Positions 49,381 through 58,258 of a stretch of DNA of 64,000 nucleotides are shown here, in pieces. The position numbers and the translations under genes are program-made. Under the pieces are notes generated by a model, which did no database searches, was not told the DNA's origin, and saw only the letters and a list, made by a program, of their open reading frames with translations. Source of the DNA: Nitrosopumilus sp. (GTDB lineage: Archaea > Thermoproteota > Nitrososphaeria > Nitrososphaerales > Nitrosopumilaceae); assembly GCA_965204345.1 (NCBI GenBank), contig OZ241981.1, forward strand, positions 1,056,001-1,120,000. The letters are read 5' to 3'. Every line of letters begins with the position of its first letter. Within the stretch, counting starts at the first letter, position 1.

Positions 49381-50126
49381 GATAATTCATAAATTTCAGG
49401 TTTTGCTTTTCCCGAATCCCGAATTTCCCTAATTGTATCAAGTGATTTTGTGGCCAATTTTACAGCCTCTCTGCCGGTATTAGCATTACCAATTCCACAA
49501 TTCAGAGAAATTTTGTTGTCATTCCTTACAACATTAATAAAATCTTGTACGGATTTTTTTGCCTCTTCGTTTGCAACAACCATAAAATTATCGCCTCCCA
49601 TAAAAAATGTGAGAGAGTTTTTTTCTAGAAAATATTTAGACATTTGGGAATACAATTCAAAAATAATTGATGAAATTTCATAAGGAGAGTCAGTTGCTCT
49701 TCTTGAGGTTAGATCATCAACATCCAAATGCATTATTGTAACATTTGAATCAGAATTTTTGTCAACAAAACCAAAAATATTGTGCTCTTTGTTCAAAATA
49801 ATTTTATTTTTTTTGCCTTCATATGCCTTTAAATTTGCTTCAAATGGAGAGACGCCATATCCAATGGATATTGTTAGTCCAACATCAAATGACTGTTCAA
49901 GTATCTTTTGAATTTGGATATGATCATCTAGTACCAAGCCATTAGAAATTACAAAGAATTCATCTGCCCGGTTAAGAAAAACGGTACAATTTTTTTCAGA
50001 AAATAATTTCTGTATTTTTTTGTATAATGAGGCTTGAAGCATTTGGAGTTCATGTTCTCTGTCACTGCCTAAAGTTAATGTCCAAGGACCGTATTCTGTT
50101 ATTTTTAGGATGCTTAGTTGAATCAT
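49374..50126 (-). CDS. gch3: GTP cyclohydrolase III
   Basis: YGPWTLTLGSDREHELQ, HLDVDD, FMGGDNF. Confidence 0.93.
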   Translation of the reverse strand: MIQLSILKITEYGPWTLTLGSDREHELQMLQASLYKKIQKLFSEKNCTVFLNRADEFFVISNGLVLDDHIQIQKILEQSFDVGLTISIGYGVSPFEANLKAYEGKKNKIILNKEHNIFGFVDKNSDSNVTIMHLDVDDLTSRRATDSPYEISSIIFELYSQMSKYFLEKNSLTFFMGGDNFMVVANEEAKKSVQDFINVVRNDNKISLNCGIGNANTGREAVKLATKSLDTIREIRDSGKAKPEIYELSC

Positions 50127-50539
50127 GTTTGAATCCTTTTTAGTTCAGCAGATATCTTCACAACAGCCTCTACTGCACGCTCAGCAACAGGCCTGATTCT
50201 AGCATAGGCATGCCTTTCTTGCATTCCAGGGCCGGAGATCCCTAAGGAAACCGGTTTTTTGTGTTTCAGTGATAAATCAGTCAAAGATTGTGCTGCAGCA
50301 TGAGAAATTACTTCATCATGTTTTGTCTGTCCCTTTATGATAGCACCCAAGGTCACTACGGCATCCACATCTTTTTTGTTCAATAATGAATCCACAATTA
50401 TAGGCATATCATAGGCTCCTGGAACCATGCAGATATGAGATACCTTTAATTTCATAAGATCTGCCTTTTCTTTAGCAATAGCAAGCATCCTAGATGTCAC
50501 TTCCTCATTGAATTCCGAAACTACTATTGCAATATTCAA
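50123..50539 (-). CDS. ribH: lumazine synthase
   Basis: IVVSEFN, VPGAYDMP, LGAIIKGQTKHD. Confidence 0.96.
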   Translation of the reverse strand: MNIAIVVSEFNEEVTSRMLAIAKEKADLMKLKVSHICMVPGAYDMPIIVDSLLNKKDVDAVVTLGAIIKGQTKHDEVISHAAAQSLTDLSLKHKKPVSLGISGPGMQERHAYARIRPVAERAVEAVVKISAELKRIQT

Positions 50540-50541
50540 AA

Positions 50542-51207
50542 CTAGTTCACCTTGGCGTATTCTAAAAGATCTTTTCCATCAACTAATGGAATGCCATTTT
50601 GTTTTGCAAATTTTTCAGCTTTTTCGATAGATAATGCAGCATAAGTCTCTGCATCCATCATTTCACATATTGCAGTTATAGGGGTCAGTCCTGCAGCTTG
50701 TGCTAAATAAACAGACATTTCTGTATGTCCTTGCCGTGCAGCTAACAAGCCTTTAGAGGCAATTAACAGCGGAACATGTCCCGGAGTTTTAAAAGAGGAT
50801 ACAAATTTTTTCTGTTTGTGTTCAACATTATAGATTTTGGCCATTTCATTGATTGTAAGTGCCCTATCTTTATCAGTAATTCCAGTATATGTTTGATAGT
50901 GATTAACAGATAGTGAAAATGTTGGATAGTCACCATAAGGAGCTAATCCCATTATCATTTCCTTATTTGAAATTGATGATTCAGAAAGAATTTCATGCAT
51001 ATATTGTAAATCTAGAGATGTTGCAAAATTATTGTCAATTGCCATACATAGCAATCCGCCGGCATTTTGACGCATTCTTGCAATATGTTCAGGAGTAACA
51101 AATTCGGCTGCAACTACCATATCAATTTCATTTTCTCGTCCAGCAGAATCAAAGAGTAGAACAAATTCGCCACGTTTTAGAGATTGTAGCGCAGATTCTA
51201 GCAGCAT
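50542..51207 (-). CDS. ribB: 3,4-dihydroxy-2-butanone-4-phosphate synthase
   Basis: D...RENE.D, TGITDKDR, PGHV, RQGHTE, CEMMD. Confidence 0.96.
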   Translation of the reverse strand: MLLESALQSLKRGEFVLLFDSAGRENEIDMVVAAEFVTPEHIARMRQNAGGLLCMAIDNNFATSLDLQYMHEILSESSISNKEMIMGLAPYGDYPTFSLSVNHYQTYTGITDKDRALTINEMAKIYNVEHKQKKFVSSFKTPGHVPLLIASKGLLAARQGHTEMSVYLAQAAGLTPITAICEMMDAETYAALSIEKAEKFAKQNGIPLVDGKDLLEYAKVN

Positions 51208-51287
51208 TTAAGGAAAAACTTCAAAAATCTAATTATAAAGTTTACTAAAAAATTGGTAATTACCACTAAATTTGTACATATTTGCCT

Positions 51288-51872
51288 TTATCTTAAAATG
51301 TATTTTCCAAGAATGTCAGTTTCAATATTAACTTTATCGCCTACTTTCTTGGTATGAAAATTTGTAACATCAATAGTATGAGGAATTAATGACACAGATG
51401 CAAGCGAATTTTTTATGTCAACAACAGTCAAGCTGATTCCATCTAATGCGATGGAACCTTTTTTCACGACAAATTTTGATAGTTTTTTGGGAATCTCAAA
51501 CCAGATCTGAACCTCCTTGGGTTTTTTTAGAATTTTTTTGATTGTTGCTATTCCATCAACATGTCCTAGAACAAAATGGCCTTCTAGACGATCGCCTACC
51601 CTTAAACTACGTTCAATGTTTACAACTCCGCCGGTTTTTAGGTTGCCAAGATCTGTTTTCTTTGTAGTCTCTTCAATCATTTCAAAAATACAACTAGATT
51701 TTGAGAGTTTGGTGGCCGTAAGACATACGCCATTTAGAGCAACACTTTGGCCAATTTTTAATCCCTTTGCATGTTTTCCTAAGTTTATGGTGATCTGGAT
51801 GGCACTCCTGTTTTTTGTGTTCTTTGAAATTTTTTCTACTTTTCCAATCCCTTCGACAATTCCAGTAAACAC
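51288..51872 (-). CDS. ribE: riboflavin synthase (bacterial alpha-chain type)
   Basis: MFTGIVE, SVALNGVCLT, GHFVLGHVDG, KGSIALDGISLT, VNIETD. Confidence 0.95.
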   Translation of the reverse strand: MFTGIVEGIGKVEKISKNTKNRSAIQITINLGKHAKGLKIGQSVALNGVCLTATKLSKSSCIFEMIEETTKKTDLGNLKTGGVVNIERSLRVGDRLEGHFVLGHVDGIATIKKILKKPKEVQIWFEIPKKLSKFVVKKGSIALDGISLTVVDIKNSLASVSLIPHTIDVTNFHTKKVGDKVNIETDILGKYILR

Positions 51873-51944
51873 AACATTTCAACATTGTTTATGTATAAAA
51901 TTCATTGTATAATGTAGTAGTCATACTGGTTATCAGATAAAATG

Positions 51945-52646
51945 TTATTTCTTTGATTTTGTAAATTCATCGTCACAGAATTGATGAAAGACGGAGCATT
52001 TATTTTCATTGGCATCATATTTTATCTTCGCCATATCCTTATTGAGAACTCCCTGTGCTGCCAGGAAAGCATCATCAGACATTCCTAACTTTTCAAACAA
52101 GCGTGATTTAGCAAGAGGTATTTCTTTTAATTCCGAATCAATTATTTGCGCTCTATCATAGAAATCTATGGCATCCTGATAGTTCCCAATGTGGCTAAGT
52201 GAAATAGCTTTATTCATTAAAGCAGTGACATCGTCGGGGTCTATTAGTAAAGAGGCATCATAGCATTCTAAAGCTTCATGATGGCGGTTTAGCTCATTTA
52301 GAGATATCCCCATGCTATTCAAAGCCCAGATATCTTTGGAGTTAGATGAAAGAATTTTTTTGCATAATTTTAAAACTTCTTCATATTGCTTGAGGTTTTC
52401 CAGCGCATAGATTTTATTTTTTAGGGCATAAGTATCAAAAGCTCTTATTTCTAGAACCTTGTTGCAATAAACTATAGCCTCATCATATTTTTTCAAATAA
52501 ATCAGTGATAATGAGATATTTTGTAATGCAACCATGTCGTTGGGGATTTTTTCTAATAGTTCTTTACAATATGCATACATTTGATCATATTTTTTTGCAT
52601 TAAACATCCTGGTGATTACATTTGAAGGATCAAGCAGATCAACCAT
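51945..52646 (-). CDS. TPR-repeat protein
   Basis: Multiple TPR motifs. Confidence 0.85.
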   Translation of the reverse strand: MVDLLDPSNVITRMFNAKKYDQMYAYCKELLEKIPNDMVALQNISLSLIYLKKYDEAIVYCNKVLEIRAFDTYALKNKIYALENLKQYEEVLKLCKKILSSNSKDIWALNSMGISLNELNRHHEALECYDASLLIDPDDVTALMNKAISLSHIGNYQDAIDFYDRAQIIDSELKEIPLAKSRLFEKLGMSDDAFLAAQGVLNKDMAKIKYDANENKCSVFHQFCDDEFTKSKK

Positions 52647-52713
52647 CTTTACCAGATTTGACTAAAAATCCATTATCTTTAACCTATTCTAATAAAGTTA
52701 GAAATGGGAACAA

Positions 52714-52857
52714 TTATTTTAAAATTTTACGAAGTGTTTCGTTTAAAACCCTAGAATAACTATAAGACGATTGTTCTTGTTGAATTAATTTCGCTTGACG
52801 TAATCTAAGCTTTTTATCAATATCTTCGTCAATCATAATTGTAACACGTTTACTCAT
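52714..52857 (-). CDS. 47-aa ribbon-helix-helix-like protein
   Basis: MSKRVTIMIDEDIDKKLRLRQAKLIQQEQSSYSYSRVLNETLRKILK; below the ORF-track cutoff. Confidence 0.8.
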   Translation of the reverse strand: MSKRVTIMIDEDIDKKLRLRQAKLIQQEQSSYSYSRVLNETLRKILK

Positions 52858-53214
52858 CATTATTATCATCTAGATAACGCAGTTTCTTCAATATAACACT
52901 ATATGAAAAATTCCAAAAATGAGAATGCAGTAATTTTGTATAATAGAAATGACTTGACTCATTTTGGATGGTTTTTGAATAGGATATGGAAAAATAAAAA
53001 AAATTGGTTCTTAATGGATTGCTAATTGAATCAGGCAAACATTAGGCAAAAGTAAAAAAAAATATCCAAATTACAATGTGTTTTTCAAGAAATAAAATCA
53101 GATATCAAAAAGGATAAAATTACAATAGCATGCATGCTAATAATAAGATGTTTGAAAAAAGTACCAGTATGAAATCAATTATAGAAATACACGAATAGCC
53201 GAATTAAAAAATAA

Positions 53215-54069
53215 TCATTTTACAAGATTTAGAAGGGCTTTTGCCTGCTTGAAATGTACTTCGTCTATCATTTTTCCGTCTACGGTAGTAGCTCCCTTGC
53301 CTTTTTTAGTTGATTTAAGATATATTTTGCATACTTTTTCAGCCCAGGATATTTCACTTTCATTTGGATAAAATAATTTATGGACTGTTGGAATTTGATC
53401 CGGATGTATGATGCTTTTTCCCGTATAGCCCAAACTTTTTCCTAGCTTGCAGTCTTTTTCCAAGCCCTTGGGATCTTTTAGGTCCTGCCAAATAGAATCA
53501 ATCACTGCTATTCCGGCTGCATGGGCATCTACAGGTATTTTTCTTCTAGAGTATCTCTCTCCCTCGGAATATTTTGTATATTCAATGCCCAAGTCATTTA
53601 ACAGGTCAAATACGCCAAAAACTATGGCAGAAACCCTTTTGCTAAAAGATGCAATATCAAATGTGTTTACGACTCCCTCTGCAGATTCAATTGAAGGAAT
53701 GATTTGGAGCGGTCTTAATTTTCGGGTTTTTTCTAGACTAGACAGGATTTTCTCGATTTTTTTTAGATCCCTGATATTGTTTACTTTGGGAATCACAATT
53801 CCATCAATGCCTTTTTGAAGTATTTCTTTAAGATCAGATGAAATCCTGCCTGAACTGGGGGAATTTGTTCTCACAAAAATTGAAGATTTGTACGACTTTC
53901 TAGATTTCAGCGCAGACTTGATTAATTTCCTTGCTTTAGTTTTCTCATTGTCAGGAACAGAGTCTTCTAAATCAAAACAGACAATGTCAGCCTGGATGCT
54001 CTTTGCCTTTTCAAGAAACCTAGAATTGTTTCCAGGGACAAAAATGAGGCTGCGGAAGAGCTGGGTCAT
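53215..54069 (-). CDS. CitE / malyl-CoA lyase-like CoA-ester lyase
   Basis: RSLIFVPG, DLEDSV, PKV, IESAEGV, GKSIIHPDQI, GKMID. Confidence 0.92.
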   Translation of the reverse strand: MTQLFRSLIFVPGNNSRFLEKAKSIQADIVCFDLEDSVPDNEKTKARKLIKSALKSRKSYKSSIFVRTNSPSSGRISSDLKEILQKGIDGIVIPKVNNIRDLKKIEKILSSLEKTRKLRPLQIIPSIESAEGVVNTFDIASFSKRVSAIVFGVFDLLNDLGIEYTKYSEGERYSRRKIPVDAHAAGIAVIDSIWQDLKDPKGLEKDCKLGKSLGYTGKSIIHPDQIPTVHKLFYPNESEISWAEKVCKIYLKSTKKGKGATTVDGKMIDEVHFKQAKALLNLVK

Positions 54070-54076
54070 TAAATGA

Positions 54077-55156
54077 TTAAGCGTTCTCTGGCTTCATTAA
54101 GATTTTGCCAAAGAGACCCTTGCCAGTTAACATCTTTGTATGAGCCTCAGCTGCCTGCTCAAATGTGTATGTTGAGTCAATAGCCGCCTTAATTTTTCCT
54201 TGACCCATCCAATACAACCCCTGATCAAGTTCAGCTTTAGTTCCTTGTGTTGAACCCAAGATGTTAGTTCCCTTAAAGAAGATGTGTCTTAGATCTATCT
54301 GTGCATCATATCCGGTGGTTGCACCACATGAGACCAGTGTTGCACCATACTTGAGTAGAGTGAGCTGTTTGTTGAAATGGGTTTGGCCAATATGATCAAA
54401 TGTTAGATCAATTCCCGGAGCTTCGCCTTTTGTTTTTGCAATCTCTTTTGAGATCTTAAAGACTTCTTTTTGCCAATCGTCTTTTCTATGGTCAACTGCA
54501 TAATCGGCACCGAGTGCCCTGCATTTGTCTAGTTTGTCTGGACTTGCAGTTGCGATAACATCGCAATTGTATAATTTTGCAATTTGAATCCCAAAGCTTC
54601 CAACTCCAGAGCCGCCTCCCATAATGAGTACTGTTTGACCCGGAGTAATTTTTGCTCTTCCTACCAACATGTGCCAGGAAGTAAGAAGTGTCATGGATGC
54701 AGCAGCAGCTTCATCATATGAAACTCCCTCGGGAATTTTTGATACGTTGACTTCGGGTAAATGGATTTGTTCAGAATAGGCTCCCCATAGGGGTCCTGTT
54801 TGAAAGCCCCAAACTTGTCTTTTGGTACAGTCAAATTCCCTTCCATCAGTGCATGCTTTACAAACTCTGCATGCAAGGTTAGAATGAGAGACTACTTTGT
54901 CTCCAACTTTGAAATTTGTTACATCCTCACCTACTGCTATCACATCTCCAGCTACATCAGAGCCAGAAACATGTGGAAGAGGGACAGCGACTGGAACTCC
55001 TCTCATTCCCCAAATATCATTATAGTTTAGGGCAGATGCTTTATTGGTAAAAATAACCTCATCTGGTTTTGGTTTTGGCTCATCTATATCCTGGACTTTA
55101 AGGATCTTAGAATAATTATCATCTGGTGCGTATTCGTTGTATACTACAGCTTTCAT
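54077..55156 (-). CDS. Zn-binding MDR dehydrogenase/reductase
   Basis: Close paralog of 3890-4981. Confidence 0.88.
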   Translation of the reverse strand: MKAVVYNEYAPDDNYSKILKVQDIDEPKPKPDEVIFTNKASALNYNDIWGMRGVPVAVPLPHVSGSDVAGDVIAVGEDVTNFKVGDKVVSHSNLACRVCKACTDGREFDCTKRQVWGFQTGPLWGAYSEQIHLPEVNVSKIPEGVSYDEAAAASMTLLTSWHMLVGRAKITPGQTVLIMGGGSGVGSFGIQIAKLYNCDVIATASPDKLDKCRALGADYAVDHRKDDWQKEVFKISKEIAKTKGEAPGIDLTFDHIGQTHFNKQLTLLKYGATLVSCGATTGYDAQIDLRHIFFKGTNILGSTQGTKAELDQGLYWMGQGKIKAAIDSTYTFEQAAEAHTKMLTGKGLFGKILMKPENA

Positions 55157-55197
55157 AGTTTATTGAAAATTTTTCCCATAATTATATTTTGTTGGGA

Positions 55198-55482
55198 TTA
55201 GACCCGATTTATCTTAAAATCACGTTTAGGCTGTTGCGTAGAGAGCAAAATTTGCTTTAACTGATCGTCATTAATTTGGCCAGGGATCTTGCCTTGTGTT
55301 GCCATGCCGATCAAATACTGCTCTACCATATCAGATAGTTCAGGTTTGACCATTTTGATGTTGTTGAGTCTGCTCCTAGCTTCAGGGGTCAGAACTTGTT
55401 TTAGAATTTGTTCTTTTTGTGCAGCTAATTCATTACTGGTATTATCAGCAACAGGAGGCTCGTTAGAATCTGGAAAATCCAT
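55198..55482 (-). CDS. PDCD5-family DNA-binding protein
   Basis: ILKQVLTPEARSRLNNIKMVKPE. Confidence 0.93.
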   Translation of the reverse strand: MDFPDSNEPPVADNTSNELAAQKEQILKQVLTPEARSRLNNIKMVKPELSDMVEQYLIGMATQGKIPGQINDDQLKQILLSTQQPKRDFKINRV

Positions 55483-55489
55483 TTTAAAT

Positions 55490-55942
55490 CTATGAATATA
55501 CTTTTAATTGTGGATTTTCAACGATTAGTTCCTTAAGAATTTCTGTTGATAGCCTATCAAGTTTTCGCATTCCGTGTTTAGAGACTATACGACCTTTCTT
55601 TTCGACTTTTTCTAGATAGCCAAGTTTTTCTAGGCCTTGAATTGCATTTCTAATAATTGCACCACTAGCATCCTTGTGATGGGCAGCACCATATCCAGAA
55701 GGTTTGCCACCGCCATAATCGTTTCTTAAAGCATTAATTCCAATTGGACCATTAAGGTAAATTTTTCTCATAATTGAAGCACATCTTGTATGCCACCATT
55801 CTCTATTTTGTGGAGGTTTATCTGCATGAGCTCCAGTTTTAACAAATGGAGCCCAAGAAGGTGCAGGAATATCTTCATTTTTTAGAGCTGTAGACAATCT
55901 TTCTATCAATACATCAGCAGGTACGTCATACACTTTTGCCAT
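55490..55942 (-). CDS. rps19e: 30S ribosomal protein S19e
   Basis: VYDVP, WAPFVKTG, WWHTRCAS..RKIY, YGG. Confidence 0.96.
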   Translation of the reverse strand: MAKVYDVPADVLIERLSTALKNEDIPAPSWAPFVKTGAHADKPPQNREWWHTRCASIMRKIYLNGPIGINALRNDYGGGKPSGYGAAHHKDASGAIIRNAIQGLEKLGYLEKVEKKGRIVSKHGMRKLDRLSTEILKELIVENPQLKVYS

Positions 55943-55973
55943 AAAGTCAAAAACTTGATAATCGTCTTATAAA

Positions 55974-56276
55974 TCATTGAGATATAATTTTACGATAAGT
56001 ATGCCCACACAGGTTACAAGAAATTCTGATCGACTTGGCAGATGTCCGTCCTAAACGAATCCTAGAATTAATTCCAGGCGCAATAAAGGATTTGCATTTT
56101 TTACAAAAAACCATTCTTAGATTATAGGGCATTCTAATTTTATGTCTAGTACTAATTCTTCTAGCAAGGAATGCCTGTCTTTGAGAAAGACTGGGATTTA
56201 TTTTGGCGTTTTTAATTGCATTTTCAATAAGAATTTGCATTCTCTCCATTGCAATTTGTCTTGCAGCAGGTTTCAC
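55974..56276 (-). CDS. rnp4: RNase P protein Rpp21
   Basis: IAMERM, FCKKC....PG...RIR, CNLCG...R. Confidence 0.92.
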   Translation of the reverse strand: MKPAARQIAMERMQILIENAIKNAKINPSLSQRQAFLARRISTRHKIRMPYNLRMVFCKKCKSFIAPGINSRIRLGRTSAKSIRISCNLCGHTYRKIISQ

Positions 56277-56325
56277 AATTATCTCTAAAACTAGATCTAA
56301 AAATTAGTTCTGATAATAATTAGAA

Positions 56326-56399
56326 TGCAGTCAGCGGGATTCGAACCCGCGTCACAGGGTTGGAAACCCCGAATACTAACCAGGCTATACTATGACTGC
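56326..56399 (-). tRNA. tRNA-Gly (TCC)
   Basis: GCAGTCATAGTATAGCCTGGTTAGTATTCGGGGTT-TCC-AACCCTGTGACGCGGGTTCGAATCCCGCTGACTGCA. Confidence 0.96.
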
Positions 56400-56421
56400 A
56401 ACAAAATGCAGATTTTATTTC

Positions 56422-57090
56422 CTACATAAAAATGGTTTTTTCATATTCATATAGAATTCTAGCAACTACAACATGCCCCTCAAGTGACTCATCACCAACC
56501 GAATAATGATCTGTAAACCTGTTTTGAATTGAAGCTGAAAAATGTCCCTTTTGAAATCCTCCCAATACAAGACATGCATTATCTGTAATCTCTGTTGCAA
56601 TTTTTTCAAAAGTATTTTTACTGCCTTTGGTAGAAAAACCGATTACTTTGGAAGGCTTGATCTCACCAAGTATCTCTGAAAAAGTTTTCTTTCCAATCCT
56701 TAATAAAATATCACCATTTGACACAATCTGTTTTTCCTGATATAATTTTTCTATTAGGCCTGCAAATCTATGATATGATTTAGGAATGTGAACGTTACTG
56801 CCAAAAGATATCACATGATCATCAAGAGTATGAACAAACAGTCTCATTTTGTTTTGAAGGTACAATGGAATAGTTGTGGCTTCAAGAATTGAAAAATGGA
56901 CTAAATCTGGCCGTCCTCTTTTCAGTTCATTTTCAATTCCCTTCATAGCTGCAAAGTGCCAAGAATTATCCAGTAAAATTTTTGATGTATGTTTTCCAAG
57001 CTTTCTTGCATGTGAAACAACAGATGGATGACGTTGTAATTTAGGTGGAACAAGCTCTAATGAAGATTCAGATAAAATTAAAGAAATCAT
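56422..57090 (-). CDS. nep1: 16S rRNA pseudouridine N1-methyltransferase Nep1
   Basis: LSESSLELVP, H.AM, RGRPDLVH, IPKSY.RF.GL, GGFQKGHF. Confidence 0.92.
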   Translation of the reverse strand: MISLILSESSLELVPPKLQRHPSVVSHARKLGKHTSKILLDNSWHFAAMKGIENELKRGRPDLVHFSILEATTIPLYLQNKMRLFVHTLDDHVISFGSNVHIPKSYHRFAGLIEKLYQEKQIVSNGDILLRIGKKTFSEILGEIKPSKVIGFSTKGSKNTFEKIATEITDNACLVLGGFQKGHFSASIQNRFTDHYSVGDESLEGHVVVARILYEYEKTIFM

Positions 57091-57091
57091 T

Positions 57092-58210
57092 TTAATTTAC
57101 CATCTCAATTTGATTTTTAAATTCACTCCAACCAGATTTTGGATTACCGTTATTATTGATTAGACCAGCATTACAAATGTAGTTGCTTACTCTTTCAATT
57201 ACATGCTCACTGCTTCCAAAACCAGAGCCCCCCACCGTAAGAGTATCCTCGCCAATTTTGGGCGCTTCAACCATACAGGTTCCCTCAGGTCGATCGTACT
57301 GTCTATACCAAGTGAAAAATTCTATTTCAGACTCATTTTCGGCATAAAATTCAAAGGAATTTTCTAAAAACTCTGTTTGTTGAGATTCGCTTCCTTGAAC
57401 AAAATCAGACGTGCTCCAACTAATCTCAAAAAGTCCAATTTTTTTATCGCCTGCTAAAGCAAACATCTGTTGTAGATCCTCTTTTGCCTGTTCTGGAGTT
57501 TTGACAATTTCATTAAGACTGTCAACTGGAGAATAAGAAAATGCTATAAAATCACCCACAGATAACTCAGCAACAATATCTTGAAGATTTTTATTTAAAA
57601 CTTGATCCAATGCAAAAGCATTTCCTATTTTTACAGCAGGATGTTTTTCTTTTATTTTATCATAGACTCTATTGAAAAGTTCCTTGTATACAGGAATATT
57701 TTGCTCATAAAATCTGAATTGTGATTCTGTTTGACCTGCAAGAATTACAGTATCAACAATGTCATACCTTGATAATATCTCATCAAGTACAGTAACAATT
57801 CTATCCTCACCTATAGAATTAAGAGAAGGCTTGCCAATCCAATTGGGAAAGGGACCAAGTGTTTCACCGTTAATTATAGAAAAGTACAAAGTGACTTTGA
57901 GGTTATTTTTTTTATTAAAGCTCATTAATGCGTCTGATTGCTGCCAATCATATTCTCCGCGTACTGGTTCAACCAAATTCCAAAAGAGATAGACGTTGCT
58001 TCTTCCAATTCCCGCATCTGATGCTTGAGAATAAACTTGATCTAATTCTTGCAATGTAATAGATTGATTTGGAGAATTGATTACAAGGCCAATTTTTTCA
58101 TTAGGATATGAATTTGTAATAATGCCAGGATCAGATGGAATCATGACCAAATAAGATATTCCAATAATGACTGCTACGCATAAAATTATGCCTATTAGTT
58201 TTTTGTTCAT
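57092..58210 (-). CDS. membrane-anchored glycoside hydrolase-like TIM-barrel protein
   Basis: N-terminal TM helix; WNLVEPVRGEYDW, FSYSP, FEISWS, GLI...G.PK motifs typical of GH-A-like folds. Confidence 0.65.
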   Translation of the reverse strand: MNKKLIGIILCVAVIIGISYLVMIPSDPGIITNSYPNEKIGLVINSPNQSITLQELDQVYSQASDAGIGRSNVYLFWNLVEPVRGEYDWQQSDALMSFNKKNNLKVTLYFSIINGETLGPFPNWIGKPSLNSIGEDRIVTVLDEILSRYDIVDTVILAGQTESQFRFYEQNIPVYKELFNRVYDKIKEKHPAVKIGNAFALDQVLNKNLQDIVAELSVGDFIAFSYSPVDSLNEIVKTPEQAKEDLQQMFALAGDKKIGLFEISWSTSDFVQGSESQQTEFLENSFEFYAENESEIEFFTWYRQYDRPEGTCMVEAPKIGEDTLTVGGSGFGSSEHVIERVSNYICNAGLINNNGNPKSGWSEFKNQIEMVN

Positions 58211-58258
58211 ATATGAATTGGAAAAAAAAAGAAAGTAAAAAAGTTGTGATTCTGTTAT

